From NCBI GenBank assembly GCA_035531755.1, contig DATKSK010000065.1:35211-59210 (forward strand): a DNA stretch of 24,000 nucleotides. The letters are read 5' to 3'. Shown in pieces: positions 6,932 through 14,487 of this stretch. The stretch is from Acidimicrobiales bacterium (GTDB taxonomy: Bacteria; Actinomycetota; Acidimicrobiia; Acidimicrobiales; UBA8190). A program made the translations under genes and the position numbers. Under the pieces are notes generated by a model. The model had not been told where the DNA came from. It searched no databases and saw only the letters and a list, made by a program, of their open reading frames with translations. Within the stretch, counting starts at the first letter, position 1. Each line of letters opens with the position of its first letter.

Positions 6932-8950
6932 TCAGCGCGAGAAGGCGATGACCCACTCGATCGCTTCGAGCAGGCGGTCGGGCCCGGGCAGGGCGAGGCG
7001 TTCGAGCCCCTTGGCGTAGGGGAGCGGGGCGGGCAGGGCCCCGACGCGCAGGACGGGCGCCGCCAGCCGGTCGAACAGCACCTCGGAGATCCCCGCGGCG
7101 AGCTCCGCCCCGAAACCGCCGGTGACGACGGCCTCGTGCAGGACGACGGCCCGGCGCGTGCGCCTGACCGAGTCCACGACGGCGGCCTCGTCGAGGGGGA
7201 CGAGCGACCGCAGGTCGAGGACCTCGACCTCGACGCCGCGGGGGGCGAGGGCCTCGGCGACCGCCACCGCCTCGTGCACCTGGCGACCGTAGGTGACGAC
7301 GGTCACGTCCGAGCCGGGCCGCTTGACGTCGGCCACGCCGAGCGGGACCGGCGTGCCGTCGACCGGCCCCTTGCGGGCGAGGAGGGGCACCTGCTCGATG
7401 AAGACACAGGGGTCCTCGTCGGCGATGCACGACGCCAGCAGGGCCCGGGCGTCCGACGGCGTGCTGGGCACGACGACCTTCAGCCCCGGGACGTGGGCGA
7501 GCCAGGCCTCGAGCATCTGCGAGTGCTGGGCCCCCACCTGCAGCCCGCCACCCACCGCGGTGCGCAGCACCATGGGGACGGGCGTGAGGCCACCGGACAT
7601 GTAGCGGAGCTTGGCGGCGTGGTTGGCCAGCTGGTCGAGGCACAGCCCGAGGAAGTCCATGAACATCACCTCGGCCACGGGCCGCAGCCCGCCGAGGGCG
7701 GCGCCCACAGCCGCTCCCACGATGGCCTGCTCGGAGATGGGGGTGTCGCGCACCCGGTCCCTGCCGTGCTTGGCCGCCAGCCCCTTGGTCACCCCGAACA
7801 CGCCCGTGTCGGAGATGTCCTCGCCGAGCAGCACCACGCGGTCATCCGCCGACAGGGCCTCGTCGAGCGCCAGCGTGATGGCGGACCGCACGCTCATGTC
7901 GCCTGCCGGTGCCGACGCCGGCACCGTCAGCGGCAGCGACCGCGAGACGACGTCGGTGAGCACCTCGTCGGCGCCGGGCTCGGGGAGGCCGAGGACCTCC
8001 GACAGGGTGCCGGTGGCCCGCGCCGCGCACCGGGCCTCCACCTCGGCCGCGGACTCCTCGGTGAGCAGCCCCTGCTCGATGAGTCGGCGCCGGAACCGGG
8101 CCACGGGCTCGTGCTCCCACGCGGCGGCGAGCTCGGCAGGGTCGACGTAGGCCATGCGATCGCCGAAGACGTGGCCGAAGAGCCGGTAGGTGACGGCCTC
8201 CACGAGGGTGGGGCCCTCCCCCGCCCGGGCCTGGGCGGCGGCCTCGGCGACGGCCTCGTACACGGCCACGGGGTCGTTGCCGTCGACGGTCACCCCGGGC
8301 ATGCCGTAGGCCGCGGCGCGCTGCGCCACGTGCGCGGTGCGCTGATGGTCGGCGAAGGCGGTGTGCTCGCCGTAGCCGTTGTTCTGGCACAGGAACACGA
8401 CCGGCAGCCGCCACACGGCGGCCAGGTTGGCCGCCTCGTGGAAGGCGCCGATGTTGGTGGCCCCGTCGCCGAACGAGGCGACCGTCACGCGCGGCCCGGC
8501 ACCGCGGGCGGCACCGGAGCCCGCCGCCGGAGCCCCGGCGTGGTCACGCTGCGCCGCCCAGGCCAGGCCCGCGGCGATGGGTAGGCCCGAGCCGACCACG
8601 CCCGTCGTCAGCATGAGCCCGGCGTCGGGCCACACGACGTGCATGGGCCCGCCCTTCCCCTTGCCCGTGCCCTCGGCCCGCCCCACCATCTCGGCCAGCA
8701 GCGGGCGCAGCGGCACGCCCTTGGCGATCTGGTCGTGCATCCCCCGGTAGGTGGTCACGAGGTAGTCATCGGGACGCAGGGCGGCACCGAACCCCGCCGC
8801 CACGGCCTCCTGGCCGCGCGGCGAGTAGTAGGAGAGGGTCGCCTCGCCCGCCGAGATGGCGCTGCGCAGGGCGTCGTCGCAGGCCGCGATCAGCGTCATG
8901 GTGCCGAACATCTGCCGCAGGGTGTCGCCACCGGGTGTCATCGCCCCCAC
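6932..8950 (-). CDS. Thiamine-diphosphate-dependent 2-oxoacid (pyruvate/acetoin/branched-chain) dehydrogenase E1 component, fused alpha and beta subunits
   Basis: The alpha part carries the TPP motif GDGATNIGAFHEAANLAAVWRLPVVFLCQNNGYG. The beta part starts at a retained Met (nt 7897): MSVRSAITLALDEAL...RVRDTPISEQAIVGAAVGAALGGLRPVAEVMFMDF. Length is 672 aa, about 351 plus 321. The start is GTG 8950 or ATG 8941. Confidence 0.9.
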   Translation of the reverse strand: MGAMTPGGDTLRQMFGTMTLIAACDDALRSAISAGEATLSYYSPRGQEAVAAGFGAALRPDDYLVTTYRGMHDQIAKGVPLRPLLAEMVGRAEGTGKGKGGPMHVVWPDAGLMLTTGVVGSGLPIAAGLAWAAQRDHAGAPAAGSGAARGAGPRVTVASFGDGATNIGAFHEAANLAAVWRLPVVFLCQNNGYGEHTAFADHQRTAHVAQRAAAYGMPGVTVDGNDPVAVYEAVAEAAAQARAGEGPTLVEAVTYRLFGHVFGDRMAYVDPAELAAAWEHEPVARFRRRLIEQGLLTEESAAEVEARCAARATGTLSEVLGLPEPGADEVLTDVVSRSLPLTVPASAPAGDMSVRSAITLALDEALSADDRVVLLGEDISDTGVFGVTKGLAAKHGRDRVRDTPISEQAIVGAAVGAALGGLRPVAEVMFMDFLGLCLDQLANHAAKLRYMSGGLTPVPMVLRTAVGGGLQVGAQHSQMLEAWLAHVPGLKVVVPSTPSDARALLASCIADEDPCVFIEQVPLLARKGPVDGTPVPLGVADVKRPGSDVTVVTYGRQVHEAVAVAEALAPRGVEVEVLDLRSLVPLDEAAVVDSVRRTRRAVVLHEAVVTGGFGAELAAGISEVLFDRLAAPVLRVGALPAPLPYAKGLERLALPGPDRLLEAIEWVIAFSR

Positions 8951-9033
8951 CGTATGCCGCCTGGCGCTCGGCCCGGGAGCCTCGGGACCTTGGACCCTGT
9001 TCGCGCCCGGGCCCCTGTGACGACAGTGTGGAC

Positions 9034-9576
9034 ATGGACAGCTTCTCGAACCACACCCCGTCGGCGGCGGCGCCCCCCCGGGACGACCCGTTCGACTCGG
9101 CGACCCGGGGCCTGCGAGAGGCCGGGGCCAGTGCCGACGAGCGGGACCTGGTCGAGTGGATCACGCGCCACGGCCGCGAGGAGGGCGTGCTCCTGGAGCG
9201 CTACGAGCGCCTGGCGCACGAGTCGACCTCGGCGGCGACCCGCTACCTCGTGCGTCTCATCATCGAGGACGAGCGCCGGCACCACCAGACCCTCGCCGAG
9301 ATCGCCGAGGCGATCGCCTGGGGGACGCTCACGAGCCCCGTGCCCGCCCTGCCGCGCTCGGGGATCGGCGACGTCGACAACGACGCCGAGCTCGTCGCCC
9401 AGACCAAGGCGCTTCTCGCCTCGGAGAAGCGTGACCGAACGGAGCTCCGGCGCCTGCGGCGGCGGCTGCGCTCCTACACGGGCACGCTGTGGCCGCTGCT
9501 CGTCGACCTCATGCTGCTCGACACCGAGAAGCACACCCGCATCCTGGAATACGTCACCGGCCGCACGTCGCCCTGA
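9034..9576 (+). CDS. Hypothetical helical protein with an internal two-fold repeat (possible ferritin-like/four-helix-bundle fold)
   Basis: High GC3. Two similar halves end in LIIEDERRHHQTLAEI and LMLLDTEKHTRILEYV, with a shared D-x3-H and ExxH in the first half only. I chose the start at ATG 9034 (GTG 9028 is possible), because the track's 8935 start would overlap the divergent E1 start. The fold assignment is a guess. Confidence 0.5.
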   Translation: MDSFSNHTPSAAAPPRDDPFDSATRGLREAGASADERDLVEWITRHGREEGVLLERYERLAHESTSAATRYLVRLIIEDERRHHQTLAEIAEAIAWGTLTSPVPALPRSGIGDVDNDAELVAQTKALLASEKRDRTELRRLRRRLRSYTGTLWPLLVDLMLLDTEKHTRILEYVTGRTSP

Positions 9577-9589
9577 CACCGGCGGGCTC

Positions 9590-11314
9590 TCACCGTGCCC
9601 CGCGCAGCAGCACGCCCGGGCGCGCCCCGCAGTCCTCGCCGCCCTCGAACGTGGTCGTCCCCGACTTGACGGTGGCGAGGTAGCCCACAGCCCCCTGCAC
9701 CAGTCGCCGCCCCCCGGCGGGCAGGTCGGCCACGACCCTCGGCGAGGTGAGCTGCAGTCGCTCGTAGTCGATCACGTTGATGTCGGCGAGCTTGCCGGGC
9801 TCGAGGGTGCCGCGGTCGGTGAGCCCGTAGAGCGCGGCGGTGTCGTGGGTCTGCTTCTTCACGACCCACTCGAGCGGCAGCCGCTCGCCGCGCGTCCGGT
9901 CGCGGGCCCAGTGCGTCAGCATGAACGTGGGCTGCGAGGAGTCGCAGATCGACCCGCAGTGGGCACCGCCGTCGGCGAGCCCGGCGGCGGCCCTCGGGTG
10001 CAGGAGCATCTCGCGCACGGGGTCGAGGCTCAGCGACGCGTAGTTGAGGATCGGCACGTACAGCAGGCCGTGCCCGTCGTCCGCGAGCATGACGTCGTAG
10101 GCCACGTCCAGGGGGTCGCGGCCCGCCGCCGCTGCCACCGCCGCCAGCGAGTCCTCGGGGCCCGGCTCGTAGTTCGGCGGCGTGCCGAGGACGAACGTCA
10201 TGGCGAACCCGTCCGCCAGGGCCCGGGCCGTGGCCTCGTCGGGCCGGAACGACAGGATGTCCCGGCGCACCGACGGGTCGCGCAGGGCCGCCGCCAGATC
10301 GGCGTCCGCCAGCCGGCGCGCCTTGAGCGCCTGGTACGCGGGGACGACGTCGAGGACGCAGTAGGTGGTGTGGTGGCCCGACAGCAGGCCGGTGGCCCGG
10401 GCGGCGACCTGCGGCCACAGCTGCGCACCCTCGTCGGCGGCGGCCAGCGACGCGTCCATCAGCTCGCGCCACAGGTCGGGGGCCGGGGGGACCTGGAGGA
10501 GGGCGAACGTCACGGGCCGGCCGATGGCGGCGGACAGGCGGCGCATCCAGTCGACCTCCTTGGCCGGCGCGGCGAGGTCCTCGCCGGCCACGCCGACGGG
10601 CGCGAGCTCGAAGATCCCGGTGCCGAGCTCGCCCAGCGCGGCACCGATCCCGAAGAGCTCCTCCTCGGCGGCGAAGGTCCCCGGCACCGGCTCGCCGTCG
10701 ATGGCGCGGTGGGCGATGGTGCGGGACGTGGAGAAACCCAGCGCGCCGACGGCGAGGGCCTCGGCCACGATGGCGCGCATGGCGGCGATGTCCGCGGCGT
10801 CGGCGGGCTCGTTGCGGGCGCCGCGCTCGCCCATCACATAGGCGCGCACCGCGCCGTGGGCCACCTGCGTGCCCACGTCGACGGTCCAGCGGCGGCGCTC
10901 CAGCGCGTCGAGGTACTCGGGGAACGTTTCCCACTCCCACTCGATCCCCTCGGCGAGCGCCGTGCCCGGGATGTCCTCGACACCCTCCATGAGGCCGATC
11001 AGCCAGTCGTGACGGTCAGGGCGGGCGGGAGCGAACCCCACGCCGCAATTGCCGGTCACGAGCGTGGTGACGCCATGCCACGCGCTCGGGGCCAGGACCT
11101 CGTCCCACGTGGCCTGCCCGTCGTAGTGGGTGTGGACGTCCACCCACCCGGGGGTGACCAGCATGCCCTCGGCGTCGATCACGCGGCGGGCGGCGGCGCC
11201 GGCCAGCGCACCCACGATGGAGATGCGGCCGTCGTCGACAGCCACGTCGGCGGTGAGCGGCGGTGACCCGGTGCCGTCCACGACGGTGCCGGCACGGACG
11301 ATCAGGTCGTGCAC
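9590..11314 (-). CDS. N-acyl-D-amino-acid deacylase (D-aminoacylase) family amidohydrolase
   Basis: HDLIVRAGTVVDGTGSPPLTADVAVDDGRISIVG...IDAEGMLVTPGWVDVHTHYDGQ contains the HxH metal motif. At 574 aa the length fits the family. GTG start at 11314 is preceded by AAGGAGGG with a 5-nt spacer. Confidence 0.85.
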   Translation of the reverse strand: MHDLIVRAGTVVDGTGSPPLTADVAVDDGRISIVGALAGAAARRVIDAEGMLVTPGWVDVHTHYDGQATWDEVLAPSAWHGVTTLVTGNCGVGFAPARPDRHDWLIGLMEGVEDIPGTALAEGIEWEWETFPEYLDALERRRWTVDVGTQVAHGAVRAYVMGERGARNEPADAADIAAMRAIVAEALAVGALGFSTSRTIAHRAIDGEPVPGTFAAEEELFGIGAALGELGTGIFELAPVGVAGEDLAAPAKEVDWMRRLSAAIGRPVTFALLQVPPAPDLWRELMDASLAAADEGAQLWPQVAARATGLLSGHHTTYCVLDVVPAYQALKARRLADADLAAALRDPSVRRDILSFRPDEATARALADGFAMTFVLGTPPNYEPGPEDSLAAVAAAAGRDPLDVAYDVMLADDGHGLLYVPILNYASLSLDPVREMLLHPRAAAGLADGGAHCGSICDSSQPTFMLTHWARDRTRGERLPLEWVVKKQTHDTAALYGLTDRGTLEPGKLADINVIDYERLQLTSPRVVADLPAGGRRLVQGAVGYLATVKSGTTTFEGGEDCGARPGVLLRGAR

Positions 11315-11319
11315 GCTGT

Positions 11320-11399
11320 CCCTCCTTGCCGGCCCGTGGCCCCCTCGCCGGTGGTGCGGGACTCATGGTGACACCGGGGGCGCACCCCCACAAGGAGGG
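11320..11399 (-). promoter_or_regulatory. Candidate SD-sequestering stem in the intercistronic leader of the amidohydrolase gene
   Basis: ccctccttg (11320-11328) and caaggaggg (11391-11399) form a perfect 9-bp inverted repeat. On the minus-strand mRNA, the 5' arm CCCUCCUUG is an anti-SD and the 3' arm is the amidohydrolase SD itself. A GGGGG-UGCG-CCCCC hairpin (11376-11389) sits inside the loop. Confidence 0.3.
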
Positions 11400-11410
11400 C
11401 CGCGAGCGGA

Positions 11411-13093
11411 TCAGCCGGGGAGGTCGGCCGGGTCGTCGGCGAGCTGCATGCGCAGGACGTGCTTCTGCACCTTGCCGCTCGCCGTGAGCGGCAAGGTGTC
11501 GACGAAGCGCCACCGGCGCGGCACCTTGAAAGCCGCCAGCCGCTCGCGGAGGTACCCCTCGAGCCCGACCCCGGACGGGGAGCGCCCCGCCACGGGCAGG
11601 ACGACCGCCACGGCCGCCTCCCCCCAGCGGTCGTCGGGCACGCCCACCACGGCGACCCGGGCCACGTCGGGGTGCTCGGCGAGGGCGTTCTCGATCTCGA
11701 CGGGGAAGATGTTCTCGCCTCCCGAGACGATCATCTCCTTCAGGCGCCCCGCCATGCGCAGGAACCCGCGGTCGTCCATGGTCACGAGGTCGCCCGTGCG
11801 CAGCCACCCGCCGGCCCGGAAGCTCGCCGCCGTCGCCTCGGGCAGCTCGTGGTAGCCGGCCATCACGTTGGGCCCGCGCACCTCGAGCTCACCGACCGCG
11901 CCGCAGGGCACCACGGCACCGGAGGCCGGGTCCACCACCCGGGCGCTCACGCCCGGCAGCGGCACGCCCAGGGAGGCGGCCTTGTCCTCGGGCGCGTCGT
12001 CGAGGTGGGTCTGCGAGATGAATCCGCTCGCCTCGGTCTGGCCGAACACGATGGCGAACTGCACGCCGAGGGCCTTCTCCACGTGGCGCACGAGCTCCGT
12101 GGGGACGACGGCCCCTCCCCCGCTCACGGCCCGCAGCGAGGACAGGTCCCGGCGGGTGAAGTCGGGGTGCTCGACGAGCGCGAGCAGCATGGTCGGCACC
12201 CCGCAGGTCAGGGTGGCCCGCTCGCGCTCCACCAGCTCGAGGACCAGTCCGGGGTCGAACGACGGCACGAGCACGGTGGTGGCCGACGACTGGCACAGCT
12301 GAAAGGCGACCACCTGCCCGCCCACGTGGAACAGCGGCATGGTGTGCACGTAGACGTCGCCCGGCCGCATGCCGAACCGCAGGGCACCGAGGCGCGCCGC
12401 GTTCGTCATGCCCCGGTGGGTCAGCAGCGCCCCTTTGGGGACGCCGGTGGTCCCCGACGTGTACACGAGCTGGGCCACGTCGTCGGGGCCCATGACCCGC
12501 GAGGGCGCGGCGTCCCACGATGGGGGCCCTGCCTCCGGTGAGCCTGCCTCCGGTGAGCCTGCCTCCGGTGAGCCTGCGACGGGGGGACAGAAGGCCTCCC
12601 ACGCACCGAGGTCGACGACCTCCCGCAGGGCGGGGATCGTGGCGCGCACCGACGCCAGGGTGGCGGCGAGGTCGAGGCCCCGGTGCTCGGCCACGAGGAA
12701 CAGGCCCGACGCCCCCGACTGACGCAGCACGTGGCCCACCTCCTCGGCGCGCAGCTGGGGGTTGACGGGGACGAGCACCAAGCCCGCCAACGCCGCCGCG
12801 TAGGTGAGGACGAGCGACTCGGGGATGCTCGGGGCCCACACCGCCACCCGCTCGCCCGGCGCGAACCGCTCGACCAGGGCGTGCGCGGCGCGGGTGGCGT
12901 CGGCGAGGAGCTGCGCGTACGTCCACCGGCGCCGCTCGTCGAGCTCGGGGACACCCTCCACGAGTGCGACGGTGTCGGGACTGCGACGCGCCGCGTCGCG
13001 CAGGATCCCGCCCACCGTCGTGCCCAGGGGGCCATCGGCATCGTCCGCCTCCCAGCAGGAGGTGAGCAGGGGTGCGGGCCGGGGCACGGTCAC
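11411..13093 (-). CDS. Acyl-CoA synthetase / AMP-dependent ligase (FadD-like)
   Basis: YTSGTTGVPKG, FGQTEASG, GWLRTGDL and the C-terminal PLTASGKVQK are adenylate-forming enzyme motifs. GTG start at 13093 overlaps the Rieske gene's TGA (GTGA at 13090-13093). The remaining 240 codons of the 800-aa ORF are Arg/Pro-rich and overlap the Rieske gene. Confidence 0.85.
   Translation of the reverse strand: MTVPRPAPLLTSCWEADDADGPLGTTVGGILRDAARRSPDTVALVEGVPELDERRRWTYAQLLADATRAAHALVERFAPGERVAVWAPSIPESLVLTYAAALAGLVLVPVNPQLRAEEVGHVLRQSGASGLFLVAEHRGLDLAATLASVRATIPALREVVDLGAWEAFCPPVAGSPEAGSPEAGSPEAGPPSWDAAPSRVMGPDDVAQLVYTSGTTGVPKGALLTHRGMTNAARLGALRFGMRPGDVYVHTMPLFHVGGQVVAFQLCQSSATTVLVPSFDPGLVLELVERERATLTCGVPTMLLALVEHPDFTRRDLSSLRAVSGGGAVVPTELVRHVEKALGVQFAIVFGQTEASGFISQTHLDDAPEDKAASLGVPLPGVSARVVDPASGAVVPCGAVGELEVRGPNVMAGYHELPEATAASFRAGGWLRTGDLVTMDDRGFLRMAGRLKEMIVSGGENIFPVEIENALAEHPDVARVAVVGVPDDRWGEAAVAVVLPVAGRSPSGVGLEGYLRERLAAFKVPRRWRFVDTLPLTASGKVQKHVLRMQLADDPADLPG
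12531..12575 (-). repeat. Perfect in-frame 15-bp x3 tandem repeat encoding (AGSPE)3 inside the acyl-CoA synthetase
   Basis: gcctccggtgagcct occurs at 12531-12545, 12546-12560 and 12561-12575 without a single mismatch, flanked by partial copies. The translation is VAGSPEAGSPEAGSPEAGPPSW. Confidence 0.95.
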
Positions 13094-14487
13094 TCCCCCA
13101 GGTACGAGCCGAGTGTGTCGTGGAAGTGGCGGATGCGGCTCTCCTGGTAGCTCGCCAGGGTGACGGCGGGGCCGTCGGACGCCTCGAGGCCGCGCTGGAC
13201 CCGCGCCAGCGTGGCCGTGTCCTGGTCGAGGATGCGGCCGAGGTACCCGAGCTCGGGGGCGTCGGCCCAGCGCTCGCCGTCGGCCAGGTGGCGCGTCGGG
13301 GAAGGTGCGGGCCGCGGGCCGCCCACCGGCACGGGCTCGAGCAGCATGACGTCCATCACGGCGCGGCGGTGGTCGTCGCCGTCGGGCCGGAACCGGTAGG
13401 CGAGGGGGGTGGTGTACCCGGCCCACGGCACGAAGTTGGGGAAGACGAAGTACTCGATGGCGTCGAGGGCCTCGCAGTCGGTGACGGTGGAATAGTCGCC
13501 CCCCGTGCGCTCGGCCAGTCGCCGCCGGGTGCGATCGGCCAGCACCTGCCGGGCCGTGGACCCGTCGGGGACCACCGCGTCGGGGTCGTCCTTGGTGAGG
13601 AACATGGCGTCGACGATGTCCTGCTCGGCCACGGGGTGCCCCACGTGCTCGCTGGCGATACCGACGGGCGTGATCATGCGGTTGACGTGGCGGACACCGT
13701 CGTACACGTCGTACTGGGTCTGCGCGTCGCCACTGGTGGTGAGCAGCTGCGGATGGACGGCCACGGTGTGGTAGCTCTCGATGAACGCCTCGAGGGCCAC
13801 CTTCCAATTGCACGGCACCGCGCCCACCACGTGCGCGGCGAGGTACCGGTCACCGAGGTCCCACGGGGCGAAGTGCTCGGGGAGGATCTCGAGGTAGTCC
13901 TCGAGGGGCTCCGCCTCGGGGTCGACCGTCACGAAGACGAAGCCCCCCCACGTCCCCACCCGGGCCTCGGGCAGGCCGAAGCTCGCCGCGTCGACGTGGG
14001 GGAAGTCCCAGGGGCACGGCATGCCGGCGAAGGAGCCGTCGAGATCCCAGGTGAAGCCGTGGAACGGGCAGCGCAACTCGCCGATGTGGCCGGGCTGCGT
14101 GCGCAGCTGCGTCCCCCGGTGCAGGCACGAGTTGTGGAAGGCGCGGAGCTCGCCGGGTGCGCTGCGCACGACGACGAGCGACACTCCGGGCGCGGCGTAG
14201 ACGACGCAGTCGCCGACCTCGGGGACCTGCTCCTCGCGGCACGCCATCTGCCACACCCGCCGCCACACCCGGTCGACCTCGAGGTCGTGCACGGCGCGGC
14301 TCGTGTAGCGCGCCCGGGCCACACCCGACGGCCGTCCACCGGCGGCGTCCTCCAGGGCGCTGCCCACGGCGCGCAGGGCAGGGGGCACGGGGCGGGTCTC
14401 CTGGTCGAGCAGCGCCTGCACGATGCGGGCGCCGTGCGGCACGTCGCGCCGGGCGTCGGCGGCCGGGCCCCGGCGGGTGTCGGTCAC
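13090..14487 (-). CDS. Rieske [2Fe-2S] non-haem-iron oxygenase, alpha (catalytic) subunit
   Basis: The Rieske motif is CLHRG...CPFHGFTW. The mononuclear-iron region is NWKVALEAFIESYHTVAVHP. GTG start at 14487 overlaps the upstream TGA (GTGA at 14484-14487). The upstream 478 codons of the 943-aa ORF are off-frame noise over the flavoprotein gene. Start confidence is lower than gene confidence. Confidence 0.85.
   Translation of the reverse strand: MTDTRRGPAADARRDVPHGARIVQALLDQETRPVPPALRAVGSALEDAAGGRPSGVARARYTSRAVHDLEVDRVWRRVWQMACREEQVPEVGDCVVYAAPGVSLVVVRSAPGELRAFHNSCLHRGTQLRTQPGHIGELRCPFHGFTWDLDGSFAGMPCPWDFPHVDAASFGLPEARVGTWGGFVFVTVDPEAEPLEDYLEILPEHFAPWDLGDRYLAAHVVGAVPCNWKVALEAFIESYHTVAVHPQLLTTSGDAQTQYDVYDGVRHVNRMITPVGIASEHVGHPVAEQDIVDAMFLTKDDPDAVVPDGSTARQVLADRTRRRLAERTGGDYSTVTDCEALDAIEYFVFPNFVPWAGYTTPLAYRFRPDGDDHRRAVMDVMLLEPVPVGGPRPAPSPTRHLADGERWADAPELGYLGRILDQDTATLARVQRGLEASDGPAVTLASYQESRIRHFHDTLGSYLGE

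Noticed and set aside
8935-9033. Longer start (8935) for the helical hypothetical protein
   Set aside because: It would overlap the divergent E1 start codon and add a Pro/Arg/Ser-rich low-complexity leader. The ATG at 9034 (or GTG at 9028) leaves a normal divergent promoter spacer. The true start remains unverified.
12526-12580. Whether the 15-bp direct repeats could be a CRISPR array or another non-coding repeat locus
   Set aside because: The units are directly adjacent with no spacers, only 15 bp long, and in frame inside a conserved enzyme gene. This is a coding tandem repeat, not a CRISPR array.
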